DNA of 64,000 bases from Escherichia coli. Lineage in GTDB: Bacteria > Pseudomonadota > Gammaproteobacteria > Enterobacterales > Enterobacteriaceae. The notes under the pieces are model-generated. The model did no database searches, was not told the DNA's origin, and was given only the letters and a program-made list of their open reading frames with translations. The stretch lies in assembly GCF_001677475.2 (NCBI RefSeq), contig NZ_CP015229.1; one strand, 5' to 3'. The position numbers and the translations under genes were made by a program. Positions 1-13,346 of the stretch are shown here, one piece after another. Position 1 is the stretch's first letter. The number at the start of each line of letters is the position of its first letter.

Positions 1-212
1 CGGTTCCCCGCTTCTTTGATTTCCAGCTCTTGCACCAGGTGTGCTTCGAGCATCTCACGGACAATTTTAGTGATACTGGCAGGAGCCAGTTGCGCCAGAC
101 GGGAAAGATCGATACGCGAGACTGGACCAAGCTGATCAATCAGGCGATATACCGCGCCCGCGTTGGTCTGCTTTATTTGATCAATGTGCCCAGGCTGGTT
201 TTCAGCAACCAC
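1..212 (-). CDS. mlc: ROK-family repressor Mlc (DgsA), N-terminal ~70 codons only; gene continues beyond window start
   Basis: Own reverse-complement translation of 1-212 gives MVAENQPGHIDQIKQTNAGAVYRLIDQLGPVSRIDLSRLAQLAPASITKIVREMLEAHLVQELEIKEAGNR from a GTG at 210-212; absent from ORF track because truncated; position upstream of ynfL fits synteny. Confidence 0.8.
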   Translation of the reverse strand, partial: MVAENQPGHIDQIKQTNAGAVYRLIDQLGPVSRIDLSRLAQLAPASITKIVREMLEAHLVQELEIKEAGN

Positions 213-346
213 CGCATACTCCCTATATTTTCGCGCTCCGAAATAATCTGTAGGCTATGGTGAAGCACTTCAATACGTGTCGTCAAATTTTTACTTAGGC
301 ATGTGATTAACAGCACATTTTTCGGGCTTTTTCGCTGAAATTTCCC

Positions 347-1240
347 TCACCTGAGAGCATTCAGCAGATGAATACGAAAGTTTCGCGCAGCTGGACTTTG
401 TTCATGATGTTTCGGCCAGACCAACCACATTTCAGAAACCGCATCCTCTTCAGCAATCGGCACCCAGCGCATTTCGTTGAGCTGAACACGTTTAAATGAC
501 GCAGGCAAAATTGAAACACCCAGACCGGCGGAAACCAGACCGATGATGGTCATAGCCTCACCCACCTCCTGAGTGATGACGGGCGTCAAATGGTAACGTC
601 GCATCAGTCCGAGAATATCGTCATACAGCCCTGTCCCTACGTGCGGATCAAAAAAGACAAAGGGTTCTTTCGCCAGTTCAGCCAGCGTTACATTCGGGTT
701 ATTTGCCAGGGGATGATCGTGCGGGATCATCGCCATAAGCGGTTCATGGACGATGACTGCGTGTTCAAGCGTCTCCGGTAACGCTGTGTTACGCAGCAAT
801 CCCATATCCAGCGTTCCTTCAATGAGCGGGGCGATTTGCTCGCGAGTGTTCATTTCGCGGGTTTGTAAATGGACATCAGGATAATCACGGCGAAACAGCG
901 ATAACGTATCAGACACCGCCCGAATAAAAGGAGCGGACGAAGTAAAACCAATACGCAACTCCCCCGCTTCACCCTGATGCAGTCTTTCCGCTCGAGCGGC
1001 AGCGTCATCCACCATAGACAGGATTTGCCGACTATCTGCAAGAAACTGTTTTCCTGCTGCTGTCAGCAATACACTGCGATTGGTTCGTGCCAGCAGTCGG
1101 GCACCAATTTGTTGCTCCAGCGCTTGAATCTGCTGACTTAGCGGCGGTTGCGAAATATTCAGGCGGGCAGCGGCGCGCCCGAAATGCAGCTCTTCCGCAA
1201 CAGCAACAAAGTAACGCAGATGACGAAGTTCAATATTCAT
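347..1240 (-). CDS. ynfL: LysR-family transcriptional regulator
   Basis: ORF track 297 aa; N-terminal LysR HTH (MNIELRHLRYFVAVAEELHFGRAAARLNISQPPLSQQIQALE); divergent from MFS transporter. Confidence 0.9.
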   Translation of the reverse strand: MNIELRHLRYFVAVAEELHFGRAAARLNISQPPLSQQIQALEQQIGARLLARTNRSVLLTAAGKQFLADSRQILSMVDDAAARAERLHQGEAGELRIGFTSSAPFIRAVSDTLSLFRRDYPDVHLQTREMNTREQIAPLIEGTLDMGLLRNTALPETLEHAVIVHEPLMAMIPHDHPLANNPNVTLAELAKEPFVFFDPHVGTGLYDDILGLMRRYHLTPVITQEVGEAMTIIGLVSAGLGVSILPASFKRVQLNEMRWVPIAEEDAVSEMWLVWPKHHEQSPAARNFRIHLLNALR

Positions 1241-1346
1241 ATTTAAAACATCTTATTTGAGATTATTAATATATTAGACAGAACAATTCGATTTTCCTAC
1301 CCTATGTATAAGCCTGATCCACAGGCATATTTAGCAAGGATTTCAA

Positions 1347-2600
1347 GTGAGCCGTACTACAACTGTTGATGGCGCTCCGGCAAGCGACACTGACAAGCAA
1401 AGCATTTCTCAGCCAAATCAATTTATTAAACGCGGTACGCCGCAATTTATGCGCGTCACCCTGGCGCTGTTCTCTGCCGGACTGGCAACCTTTGCACTTC
1501 TCTATTGTGTGCAGCCTATCCTTCCGGTGCTTTCGCAGGAGTTTGGCTTAACGCCCGCGAACAGTAGTATTTCACTGTCCATTTCCACGGCGATGTTGGC
1601 TATCGGTTTGCTGTTTACTGGCCCGCTATCCGATGCCATTGGGCGCAAACCAGTGATGGTAACGGCGCTACTGTTGGCCTCCATTTGTACGTTACTTTCG
1701 ACAATGATGACCAGCTGGCACGGCATTTTGATTATGCGCGCCTTGATTGGGCTTTCGTTAAGTGGCGTGGCTGCTGTTGGCATGACTTATCTTAGCGAGG
1801 AAATCCACCCCAGTTTCGTGGCCTTTTCGATGGGGTTGTATATCAGCGGCAACTCAATTGGCGGCATGAGCGGACGCTTAATTAGTGGTGTCTTCACGGA
1901 CTTTTTCAACTGGCGAATTGCTCTGGCGGCAATCGGTTGTTTCGCGCTAGCCTCGGCGTTGATGTTCTGGAAAATCCTCCCGGAATCACGCCATTTTCGC
2001 CCGACTTCGCTGAGACCTAAGACGTTGTTTATCAACTTTCGTCTGCACTGGCGTGACCGGGGATTACCGTTATTGTTCGCAGAAGGCTTTTTGCTGATGG
2101 GGTCGTTCGTCACGCTGTTTAATTACATCGGCTATCGGTTGATGCTCTCCCCCTGGCATGTCAGTCAGGCCGTGGTTGGCTTATTATCGCTGGCCTATTT
2201 GACCGGTACATGGAGCTCACCCAAAGCCGGAACCATGACCACCCGCTATGGGCGCGGTCCAGTGATGTTGTTTTCGACGGGGGTTATGCTGTTTGGTTTA
2301 CTGATGACCTTATTTAGCTCGCTGTGGCTGATCTTTGCCGGAATGTTACTCTTCTCAGCCGGGTTCTTCGCAGCCCACTCAGTAGCCAGCAGCTGGATCG
2401 GCCCCCGCGCAAAACGCGCTAAAGGCCAGGCCTCCTCGCTGTATCTGTTCAGTTACTATCTGGGGTCGAGTATTGCCGGGACGCTGGGTGGTGTTTTCTG
2501 GCATAACTATGGCTGGAACGGCGTCGGCGCATTTATTGCTCTGATGCTGGTCATTGCTCTGCTGGTCGGGACGCGTTTGCATCGTCGTCTGCACGCCTGA
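1347..2600 (+). CDS. ynfM: MFS-family inner membrane transporter
   Basis: ORF track 417 aa, GTG start, multiple hydrophobic TM segments. Confidence 0.9.
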   Translation: MSRTTTVDGAPASDTDKQSISQPNQFIKRGTPQFMRVTLALFSAGLATFALLYCVQPILPVLSQEFGLTPANSSISLSISTAMLAIGLLFTGPLSDAIGRKPVMVTALLLASICTLLSTMMTSWHGILIMRALIGLSLSGVAAVGMTYLSEEIHPSFVAFSMGLYISGNSIGGMSGRLISGVFTDFFNWRIALAAIGCFALASALMFWKILPESRHFRPTSLRPKTLFINFRLHWRDRGLPLLFAEGFLLMGSFVTLFNYIGYRLMLSPWHVSQAVVGLLSLAYLTGTWSSPKAGTMTTRYGRGPVMLFSTGVMLFGLLMTLFSSLWLIFAGMLLFSAGFFAAHSVASSWIGPRAKRAKGQASSLYLFSYYLGSSIAGTLGGVFWHNYGWNGVGAFIALMLVIALLVGTRLHRRLHA

Positions 2601-2603
2601 AAA

Positions 2604-2641
2604 ATAAGTCCGGACTGCGGTAAATACCCATCCGGACTTAT
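2604..2641 (+). terminator. Perfect 11-bp inverted repeat (ATAAGTCCGGA / TCCGGACTTAT) just after ynfM stop; weak T-tract
   Basis: Read directly from sequence; only two T after stem so rho-independent function is uncertain. Confidence 0.35.
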
Positions 2642-2906
2642 TGCCTGCTCAAACCAACGTTAATAGCCATCCTAAAATAGACGAAGCGCCAGCCAATTCC
2701 CGCAGCGCATCTAGCGTCATCAGGATTATAAGTACCCAAATAAACGGATTCATTTTGCTGTGTGTCATTTATTACTGATGCGCAGTTATTCTACCGCTTT
2801 GTAAGTAGTAAAATAGTTAACCCGATCAAGACTACTATTATTGGTAGCTAAATTTCCCTTAAGTCACAATGCGTTATTATCAATGCTGTAATTTATTCAG
2901 CATTTG

Positions 2907-2920
2907 TACATATCGTTACA
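2907..2920 (+). promoter_or_regulatory. RstA box (TACATATCGTTACA, fits TACATNTNGTTACA) in asr promoter
   Basis: Exact match to the published RstA-box consensus ~100 bp upstream of asr start; asr is a known RstA/PhoB-dependent acid-induced gene. Confidence 0.6.
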
Positions 2921-3023
2921 CGCTGAAACCAACCACTCACGGAAGTCTGCCATTCCCAAAGATATAGTTATTTCAACGGCCCCGCAGTGGGGTTAAATGA
3001 AAAAACAAATTGAGGGTATGACA

Positions 3024-3332
3024 ATGAAAAAAGTATTAGCTCTGGTTGTTGCCGCTGCTATGGGTCTGTCTTCTGCCGCCTTTGCTGCAGAGACTGCGAC
3101 CACTCCTGCTCCGACTGCGACGACCACCAAAGCAGCGCCTGCGAAAACCACACATCATAAAAAACAGCATAAAGCAGCACCTGCCCAGAAAGCGCAGGCG
3201 GCTAAAAAGCATCATAAAAATGCGAAAGCTGAACAGAAAGCCCCTGAACAAAAAGCGCAGGCAGCGAAGAAACACGCCAGGAAACACAGCCATCAGCAAC
3301 CGACAAAACCTGCTGCACAACCCGCAGCGTAA
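3024..3332 (+). CDS. asr: Acid shock protein Asr (periplasmic, low-complexity Ala/Lys/His/Gln-rich)
   Basis: ORF track 2997..3332; likely true start is internal ATG giving [21 protein letters not shown] signal peptide, 102 aa. Confidence 0.85.
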   Translation: MKKVLALVVAAAMGLSSAAFAAETATTPAPTATTTKAAPAKTTHHKKQHKAAPAQKAQAAKKHHKNAKAEQKAPEQKAQAAKKHARKHSHQQPTKPAAQPAA

Positions 3333-3424
3333 GTTTTCAACAGTAATGCTGGCGCGCCCCCTCGCGCCTGAAAATTACGGTGCTAAGCGGGTAACGTTTA
3401 GCACCGCCTTTAGCGGAGGGTAGT

Positions 3425-3508
3425 ATGGTGGGCCGTTATCGCTTTGAGTTCATTCTTATCATCCTTATTTTATGCGCACTGATTGCCGCCCGTTTTTATC
3501 TTTCCTGA
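3425..3508 (+). CDS. ydgU: 27-aa small hydrophobic membrane protein (MVGRYRFEFILIILILCALIAARFYLS)
   Basis: Own translation; GGAGGG Shine-Dalgarno 5-10 nt upstream of ATG; matches known E. coli small protein YdgU; below ORF-track length cut-off. Confidence 0.7.
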   Translation: MVGRYRFEFILIILILCALIAARFYLS

Positions 3509-3607
3509 TCGTAGTTATCTGATTTTACTCCCACTTTCATCCCGTCCCGTCTATAGTATTTATGAGGGTTTGCTTTTAATAATCATAATTACCCACCAGA
3601 GTGTGAT

Positions 3608-4429
3608 ATGCGTACAACCATTGCTGTAGTGTTGGGTGCAATTAGTTTGACGTCTGCTTTTGTGTTTGCAGATAAACCAGACGTTGCCAAATCGGCAAAC
3701 GATGAGGTCAGCACCCTGTTTTTTGGTCATGATGATCGTGTGCCAGTGAATGACACGACCCAATCACCGTGGGATGCGGTTGGGCAACTGGAAACGGCCA
3801 GCGGCAATTTATGTACGGCGACGCTGATTGCACCCAATCTGGCATTAACAGCAGGACACTGTTTATTGACGCCGCCTAAGGGTAAAGCCGATAAAGCGGT
3901 GGCGCTGCGTTTTGTGTCAAATAAAGGTCTTTGGCGCTATGAGATCCACGACATAGAAGGCCGCGTTGATCCGACACTGGGAAAGCGGTTAAAAGCAGAT
4001 GGGGATGGTTGGATTGTTCCTCCCGCAGCTGCGCCGTGGGACTTCGGTTTGATTGTGCTACGTAATCCCCCTTCTGGCATTACACCGTTGCCGTTATTTG
4101 AGGGAGATAAAGCCGCGCTTACCGCCGCATTAAAATCGGCTGGTCGTAAAGTCACTCAGGCGGGATACCCAGAAGATCATCTCGATACGTTGTACAGTCA
4201 TCAAAACTGTGAAGTGACTGGCTGGGCGCAAACGTCGGTAATGTCACATCAGTGCGATACCTTGCCGGGTGACAGCGGTTCGCCTCTGATGTTGCATACC
4301 GATAACGGCTGGCAATTAATTGGGGTACAAAGTTCGGCTCCTGCTGCGAAAGATCGCTGGCGCGCCGATAATCGGGCCATTTCTGTTACCGGTTTTCGTG
4401 ACAAGCTGGATCAACTGTCACAAAAATAA
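3608..4429 (+). CDS. ydgD: Secreted trypsin-like serine peptidase (S1 family; TAGHC His motif, GDSGSP Ser motif)
   Basis: ORF track 273 aa with signal peptide and catalytic-triad motifs. Confidence 0.85.
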   Translation: MRTTIAVVLGAISLTSAFVFADKPDVAKSANDEVSTLFFGHDDRVPVNDTTQSPWDAVGQLETASGNLCTATLIAPNLALTAGHCLLTPPKGKADKAVALRFVSNKGLWRYEIHDIEGRVDPTLGKRLKADGDGWIVPPAAAPWDFGLIVLRNPPSGITPLPLFEGDKAALTAALKSAGRKVTQAGYPEDHLDTLYSHQNCEVTGWAQTSVMSHQCDTLPGDSGSPLMLHTDNGWQLIGVQSSAPAAKDRWRADNRAISVTGFRDKLDQLSQK

Positions 4430-4467
4430 TGTTCAAACGCTGCCCGACAGCGCGGGCAGCGTGTTCA

Positions 4468-4797
4468 TCAGGCAAGTTTCACCATGATCATTCCAGCCAA
4501 CAGCAAGACCAGGCCAATCCAGCCTTTACGATTTAACCGTTGACCAAACAAGATCCAACCTGCGGCTAACGTGGCGGCAATACCAAACCCGCCCCACAAT
4601 GCATAAGCGACAGACAAGTCGATCCCTTTAACGGCCTGAGAAAGCGCACTAAAGGCAGCCAGCACCGCTGCCAGGGAGAGCAAGCCAAATATTTTGCGAC
4701 GAAAGCCGTCAGAAAATTTCAAAAAGACGTTAGCAACGATTTCCAGCACGATTGCCAATGCCAGCCAGGCGGCGTGAACCCATTCAAACTGCGCCAT
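4468..4797 (-). CDS. mdtI: SMR-family spermidine exporter subunit MdtI
   Basis: ORF track 109 aa, four TM helices, overlaps mdtJ by 14 nt. Confidence 0.9.
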
Positions 4798-5149
4798 GGT
4801 TCACCTCCAGTTCAGGTTTACGCGCTTTACGGGTACCTGATTTGATCAACACAATCCCGGCGACCAGGGTGGTTAACCCGGCAATTTTCATCAGCGATAA
4901 ACTTTCGTCGAATAACAAAACGCTAAACAAGGTAATAAATAAAATACCGATACCTTCCCACAGCGCATAAGCCACGCCTAAGGCTATTTTTTTAACGGCG
5001 AAAGAGAGAAATATATACGACAGAGAAATCATCACCAGCATTAAAATAAAGCCGCCATTTCCCTCACTGACGCTCGCCCATTTCATAGACAGCGTACCGG
5101 TAATTTCTGTAGCAATAGCCAGACCTAATAAAATCCAATAAATATACAT
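4784..5149 (-). CDS. mdtJ: SMR-family spermidine exporter subunit MdtJ
   Basis: ORF track 121 aa, SMR-like hydrophobic protein. Confidence 0.9.
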
Positions 5150-5560
5150 TATCCTTCTCCTGCAAGAGAATTATTTTAATTTTCGCTTAATTCAGCGAAA
5201 CCAAAGTAAAGTGGTCAAGCCCCGCGCATAGGGCAAGCTTAGGCAGAAGAAAGGACTAAAGCGCGTTGCGCCAGTGCTGCTCACCTACGAGCAAGATAGT
5301 GGATGAGGTACGAAGATGGGTAAATGTAGAAAATAACGTCCTGAACAAATTGTCCATAATATTACAATTATCCGCAGTGTTGCTTCTCGTCATCGCGGAT
5401 GATAATTGTCCTCGGTAGTTGAACACGCCTTTTTTGTATCATAGCTTAAGAATTAACTCAAAATATTTTCATTTCTTTACCTGAGCGGTTTGATTTTCGT
5501 TATGATGACGGAGCGAAAAAGACATTATTATTAGCAAAGGAAGAAAAAACGGGGACAAGC

Positions 5561-6595
5561 ATGGCAAAGCCGATCATCACGCTCAATGGCCTAAAAATCG
5601 TCATTATGTTGGGAATGCTGGTCATTATTCTCTGCGGTATCCGTTTTGCCGCCGAGATCATCGTGCCGTTTATTCTCGCATTATTTATTGCTGTTATTCT
5701 TAACCCGCTGGTGCAACATATGGTCCGCTGGCGAGTGCCGCGTGTACTGGCGGTGTCGATTTTGATGACCATCATCGTGATGGCGATGGTGTTGCTATTA
5801 GCTTATCTGGGTTCCGCGCTCAACGAGTTGACGCGGACGTTACCGCAATATCGCAACTCTATTATGACGCCGCTGCAAGCTCTTGAGCCGTTGTTGCAAC
5901 GCGTAGGGATTGACGTCTCAGTTGACCAACTGGCGCATTACATAGATCCGAACGCGGCGATGACGTTGCTCACCAACTTATTGACGCAGTTATCTAATGC
6001 CATGTCATCAATCTTTTTATTGCTGCTGACGGTGCTGTTTATGCTGCTCGAAGTGCCACAATTGCCCGGAAAATTTCAGCAAATGATGGCGCGTCCGGTT
6101 GAAGGGATGGCGGCGATTCAACGTGCGATTGACAGTGTTTCTCATTATCTGGTGCTGAAAACAGCCATCAGCATCATCACCGGCCTGGTCGCCTGGGCGA
6201 TGCTCGCCGCACTCGATGTTCGCTTCGCTTTTGTCTGGGGATTGCTGGCCTTTGCGCTTAATTACATCCCTAATATTGGTTCAGTTCTCGCGGCAATCCC
6301 CCCTATCGCTCAGGTACTGGTGTTTAATGGCTTCTACGAAGCGTTGCTGGTGCTGGCGGGATATCTGCTGATTAATCTGGTCTTCGGCAATATTCTGGAG
6401 CCGCGCATCATGGGACGTGGGCTGAGGCTTTCGACATTGGTGGTATTTTTGTCGTTGATTTTTTGGGGATGGTTGTTAGGACCGGTGGGTATGCTGCTTT
6501 CCGTGCCGTTGACAATTATTGTCAAAATTGCGCTTGAACAAACAGCGGGAGGTCAAAGCATCGCCGTTCTGTTAAGCGATCTCAATAAAGAGTGA
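5561..6595 (+). CDS. tqsA: AI-2 transport protein TqsA (AI-2E family membrane protein)
   Basis: ORF track 344 aa polytopic membrane protein. Confidence 0.9.
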   Translation: MAKPIITLNGLKIVIMLGMLVIILCGIRFAAEIIVPFILALFIAVILNPLVQHMVRWRVPRVLAVSILMTIIVMAMVLLLAYLGSALNELTRTLPQYRNSIMTPLQALEPLLQRVGIDVSVDQLAHYIDPNAAMTLLTNLLTQLSNAMSSIFLLLLTVLFMLLEVPQLPGKFQQMMARPVEGMAAIQRAIDSVSHYLVLKTAISIITGLVAWAMLAALDVRFAFVWGLLAFALNYIPNIGSVLAAIPPIAQVLVFNGFYEALLVLAGYLLINLVFGNILEPRIMGRGLRLSTLVVFLSLIFWGWLLGPVGMLLSVPLTIIVKIALEQTAGGQSIAVLLSDLNKE

Positions 6596-6619
6596 CGGCC
6601 TCCGCAGAGGCCGTCAGGG

Positions 6620-8011
<1,392 letters not shown>

Positions 8012-8018
8012 TTACCCC

Positions 8019-9614
<1,596 letters not shown>

Positions 9615-10074
9615 TCATGTACGAGCTAAATGTTACTCCGTTAAAATAAATTAGTAACAAACGCCCTATAACGTACTGAAAATTATGCCTGTGATCTAGC
9701 GCCAAAAATCAGTATTTCGGCGTGAACTCGCAAAATATTAACGATTCAGCCGTGATAGTGGGATAAACACCTTAGAACGCCGGATAAAGACTGATAATTG
9801 TCTTCGACGGTCAGGTAAAACGAGACATCGCCCCGGTACGAATCACTACTTAACATTAAATTAACTTATACAATTCAGTTGCTTCAGCAGTATTGATGCT
9901 GATACGGCTGTTTTTTAAGCATCGACGGTCATTTGAGCACGATTAAAATTGGCTTAAGGAATGTGATATGAAAAATGACGCAGACAGTTACACCGTTTAA
10001 ATGCAATAATCAGCCACGTTTCTCGTTAATAACAATACCAGTACCTGGTTTGCGCAAGGCGAAGGATTATTTTT

Positions 10075-11019
10075 ATGAAGCTTAAGAACACCCTCCTGGC
10101 GTCGGCACTGCTTTCTGCTACGGCATTCTCCGTTAACGCAGCAACAGAACTGACACCGGAGCAAGCGGCAGCGGTTAAACCTTTTGACCGTGTAGTGGTT
10201 ACCGGTCGTTTTAATGCTATTGGCGAAGCGGTGAAAGCCGTTTCTCGTCGCGCAGATAAAGAAGGTGCCGCCTCTTTTTATGTTGTCGACACTTCTGATT
10301 TTGGTAACAGCGGTAACTGGCGTGTGGTCGCTGACCTCTATAAAGCCGATGCTGAAAAAGCAGAAGAAACAAGTAATCGCGTAATTAACGGTGTTGTCGA
10401 ACTGCCGAAAGATCAGGCTGTTCTGATTGAACCGTTTGACACGGTCACCGTCCAGGGCTTCTATCGTAGCCAGCCAGAAGTCAATGATGCCATCACCAAA
10501 GCGGCAAAAGCGAAAGGTGCCTACTCTTTCTACATCGTTCGTCAAATCGATGCCAACCAGGGCGGCAACCAGCGTATTACTGCATTCATCTATAAAAAAG
10601 ATGCGAAGAAACGTATCGTCCAGAGCCCGGATGTGATCCCGGCAGATTCCGAAGCAGGACGTGCAGCTCTGGCTGCCGGTGGCGAAGCTGCGAAGAAAGT
10701 TGAGATCCCGGGTGTTGCGACTACCGCATCACCAAGTTCTGAAGTCGGTCGCTTCTTTGAAACCCAGTCATCAAAAGGCGGGCGTTACACCGTCACGCTC
10801 CCGGATGGCACTAAAGTCGAAGAACTCAACAAAGCGACCGCAGCGATGATGGTCCCGTTCGACAGCATCAAATTCTCTGGCAACTACGGCAACATGACCG
10901 AAGTCTCCTATCAGGTTGCGAAACGTGCCGCGAAGAAAGGTGCTAAGTATTACCACATCACCCGCCAGTGGCAGGAACGTGGTAATAACCTGACCGTCAG
11001 CGCAGATCTGTATAAATAA
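10075..11019 (+). CDS. ydgH: Periplasmic protein with three YdgH/BhsA/McbA-type (DUF1471) repeats
   Basis: ORF track 314 aa; signal peptide; three internal repeats visible in translation (FDRVVVTGRF.../FDTVTVQGFY.../FDSIKFSGNY...). Confidence 0.9.
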   Translation: MKLKNTLLASALLSATAFSVNAATELTPEQAAAVKPFDRVVVTGRFNAIGEAVKAVSRRADKEGAASFYVVDTSDFGNSGNWRVVADLYKADAEKAEETSNRVINGVVELPKDQAVLIEPFDTVTVQGFYRSQPEVNDAITKAAKAKGAYSFYIVRQIDANQGGNQRITAFIYKKDAKKRIVQSPDVIPADSEAGRAALAAGGEAAKKVEIPGVATTASPSSEVGRFFETQSSKGGRYTVTLPDGTKVEELNKATAAMMVPFDSIKFSGNYGNMTEVSYQVAKRAAKKGAKYYHITRQWQERGNNLTVSADLYK

Positions 11020-11037
11020 CTATTCAGTTACTCCTAT

Positions 11038-11069
11038 AAGGCGGCTTGATGCCGCCTTTCGCATTTTTA
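11038..11069 (+). terminator. Rho-independent terminator after ydgH (AAGGCGGC-TTGAT-GCCGCCTT + T-rich tail)
   Basis: Hairpin read from sequence. Confidence 0.6.
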
Positions 11070-11204
11070 GTCACAAATTTCCCCGCGACCATTGCATGCA
11101 GACACATCTCTTCGTAAAATCCCGCGCTTCAGTGGCAAACTCCATTTTTATGCGTTTTGCCCTAATATTTATTCTTCTTATCACGTTTTAATCACTGGAT
11201 ATCG

Positions 11205-12587
11205 ATGGAAAAGAAACTGGGACTGAGCGCACTCACCGCGCTGGTATTAAGCTCAATGCTGGGCGCGGGTGTTTTCAGTCTGCCGCAAAATATGGCGGCA
11301 GTTGCCAGCCCGGCAGCACTGCTCATCGGCTGGGGTATTACTGGCGCTGGCATTTTATTGCTGGCCTTTGCCATGCTGATCCTCACGCGCATTCGTCCCG
11401 AACTTGACGGCGGTATCTTTACCTATGCCCGCGAAGGGTTTGGCGAGCTAATCGGCTTTTGTTCCGCATGGGGATACTGGCTGTGCGCAGTCATCGCCAA
11501 CGTCTCCTATCTGGTGATCGTTTTTTCCGCGTTAAGCTTTTTTACGGACACGCCGGAATTGCGCCTGTTTGGCGATGGTAATACCTGGCAATCGATAGTC
11601 GGTGCATCGGCTTTATTGTGGATTGTTCACTTTTTGATCCTGCGCGGGGTGCAAACCGCTGCCAGTATTAACCTGGTGGCGACACTGGCAAAATTGTTGC
11701 CGCTTGGTCTGTTTGTCGTGCTGGCGATGATGATGTTCAAACTGGATACCTTCAAGCTCGACTTCACCGGACTTGCACTTGGCGTACCCGTTTGGGAACA
11801 GGTGAAAAACACCATGCTGATCACCCTGTGGGTTTTCATTGGTGTGGAAGGTGCCGTGGTTGTTTCTGCGCGTGCGCGTAATAAACGTGATGTTGGCAAA
11901 GCGACACTGCTGGCGGTTCTCTCCGCTCTGGGCGTTTACTTGCTGGTAACGCTGCTTTCGCTGGGTGTGGTGGCACGTCCTGAACTGGCTGAAATTCGTA
12001 ACCCGTCAATGGCCGGTCTGATGGTGGAAATGATGGGACCGTGGGGCGAAATCATCATCGCTGCCGGTTTGATCGTTTCCGTTTGCGGCGCGTACTTAAG
12101 CTGGACCATCATGGCGGCGGAAGTTCCGTTTCTTGCAGCCACTCATAAAGCATTCCCGCGCATTTTTGCGCGCCAGAACGCACAAGCTGCGCCGTCCGCT
12201 TCACTATGGCTGACCAACATCTGCGTGCAAATTTGTCTGGTACTCATCTGGCTGACCGGTTCCGATTACAACACATTGCTGACCATCGCCTCAGAAATGA
12301 TTCTGGTGCCCTATTTCCTGGTCGGCGCGTTCTTGCTGAAAATCGCAACCCGTCCACTGCATAAGGCGGTAGGTGTCGGTGCCTGCATTTATGGCTTATG
12401 GTTACTGTACGCCTCTGGTCCAATGCACTTGCTGTTATCCGTTGTTCTGTATGCACCGGGGCTGCTGGTTTTCCTGTATGCGCGCAAAACGCATACACAT
12501 GATAATGTACTGAACCGTCAGGAAATGGTGCTGATTGGCATGCTGTTAATTGCCTCAGTTCCGGCGACCTGGATGCTGGTGGGATAA
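11205..12587 (+). CDS. ydgI: APC-superfamily amino acid antiporter (arginine:ornithine antiporter-like)
   Basis: ORF track 460 aa polytopic membrane protein. Confidence 0.9.
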   Translation: MEKKLGLSALTALVLSSMLGAGVFSLPQNMAAVASPAALLIGWGITGAGILLLAFAMLILTRIRPELDGGIFTYAREGFGELIGFCSAWGYWLCAVIANVSYLVIVFSALSFFTDTPELRLFGDGNTWQSIVGASALLWIVHFLILRGVQTAASINLVATLAKLLPLGLFVVLAMMMFKLDTFKLDFTGLALGVPVWEQVKNTMLITLWVFIGVEGAVVVSARARNKRDVGKATLLAVLSALGVYLLVTLLSLGVVARPELAEIRNPSMAGLMVEMMGPWGEIIIAAGLIVSVCGAYLSWTIMAAEVPFLAATHKAFPRIFARQNAQAAPSASLWLTNICVQICLVLIWLTGSDYNTLLTIASEMILVPYFLVGAFLLKIATRPLHKAVGVGACIYGLWLLYASGPMHLLLSVVLYAPGLLVFLYARKTHTHDNVLNRQEMVLIGMLLIASVPATWMLVG

Positions 12588-12623
12588 CGTTCATCCCATC
12601 GTTGGATAGCAAAGGAGATAACG

Positions 12624-13346
12624 ATGGGTAAAACCCAGCCCTTGCCAATATTAATTACTGGCGGAGGTCGTCGCATCGGCCTCGCCCTCGCATGGCATTT
12701 CATTAATCAAAAGCAACCGGTGATTGTCAGCTATCGGACACACTATCCAGCCATTGATGGACTGATTAATGCAGGTGCGCAGTGTATTCAGGCTGATTTT
12801 TCGACCAACGACGGTGTGATGGCGTTTGCCAATGAAGTACTAAAAAGCACCCATGGTCTGCGTGCTATTTTGCATAACGCCAGTGCGTGGATGGCGGAAA
12901 AACCGAGTGCGCCACTGGCCGACGTGCTGGCTTGCATGATGCAGATCCACGTTAATACCCCATACCTGCTCAACCATGCGCTGGAAAGATTACTGCGTGG
13001 GCACGGACACGCCGCCAGCGATATCATTCACTTTACCGATTATGTGGTGGAGCGCGGTAGCGACAAACATATTGCGTATGCTGCAAGCAAAGCGGCACTG
13101 GATAATATGACCCGCTCGTTTGCCCGCAAGCTGGCACCGGAAGTGAAAGTGAATTCTATTGCGCCATCGCTGATCCTGTTTAATGAACATGATGATGCCG
13201 AATATCGACAACAGGCGCTGAATAAATCACTGATGAAAACCGCGCCTGGCGAGAAAGAAGTGATCGACCTGGTCGATTACTTACTTATCAGCTGCTTTGC
13301 CACCGGACGCAGTTTCCCACTTGATGGCGGTCGTCATCTGCGTTAA
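12624..13346 (+). CDS. folM: Dihydromonapterin reductase / alternative dihydrofolate reductase (SDR family)
   Basis: ORF track 240 aa, N-terminal TGGGRRIG Rossmann motif. Confidence 0.9.
   Translation: MGKTQPLPILITGGGRRIGLALAWHFINQKQPVIVSYRTHYPAIDGLINAGAQCIQADFSTNDGVMAFANEVLKSTHGLRAILHNASAWMAEKPSAPLADVLACMMQIHVNTPYLLNHALERLLRGHGHAASDIIHFTDYVVERGSDKHIAYAASKAALDNMTRSFARKLAPEVKVNSIAPSLILFNEHDDAEYRQQALNKSLMKTAPGEKEVIDLVDYLLISCFATGRSFPLDGGRHLR

Noticed and set aside
30-263. Plus-strand 77-aa ORF at the window start
   Set aside because: It overlaps the minus-strand mlc N-terminal coding region, whose translation matches the Mlc repressor; it is a frame shadow.
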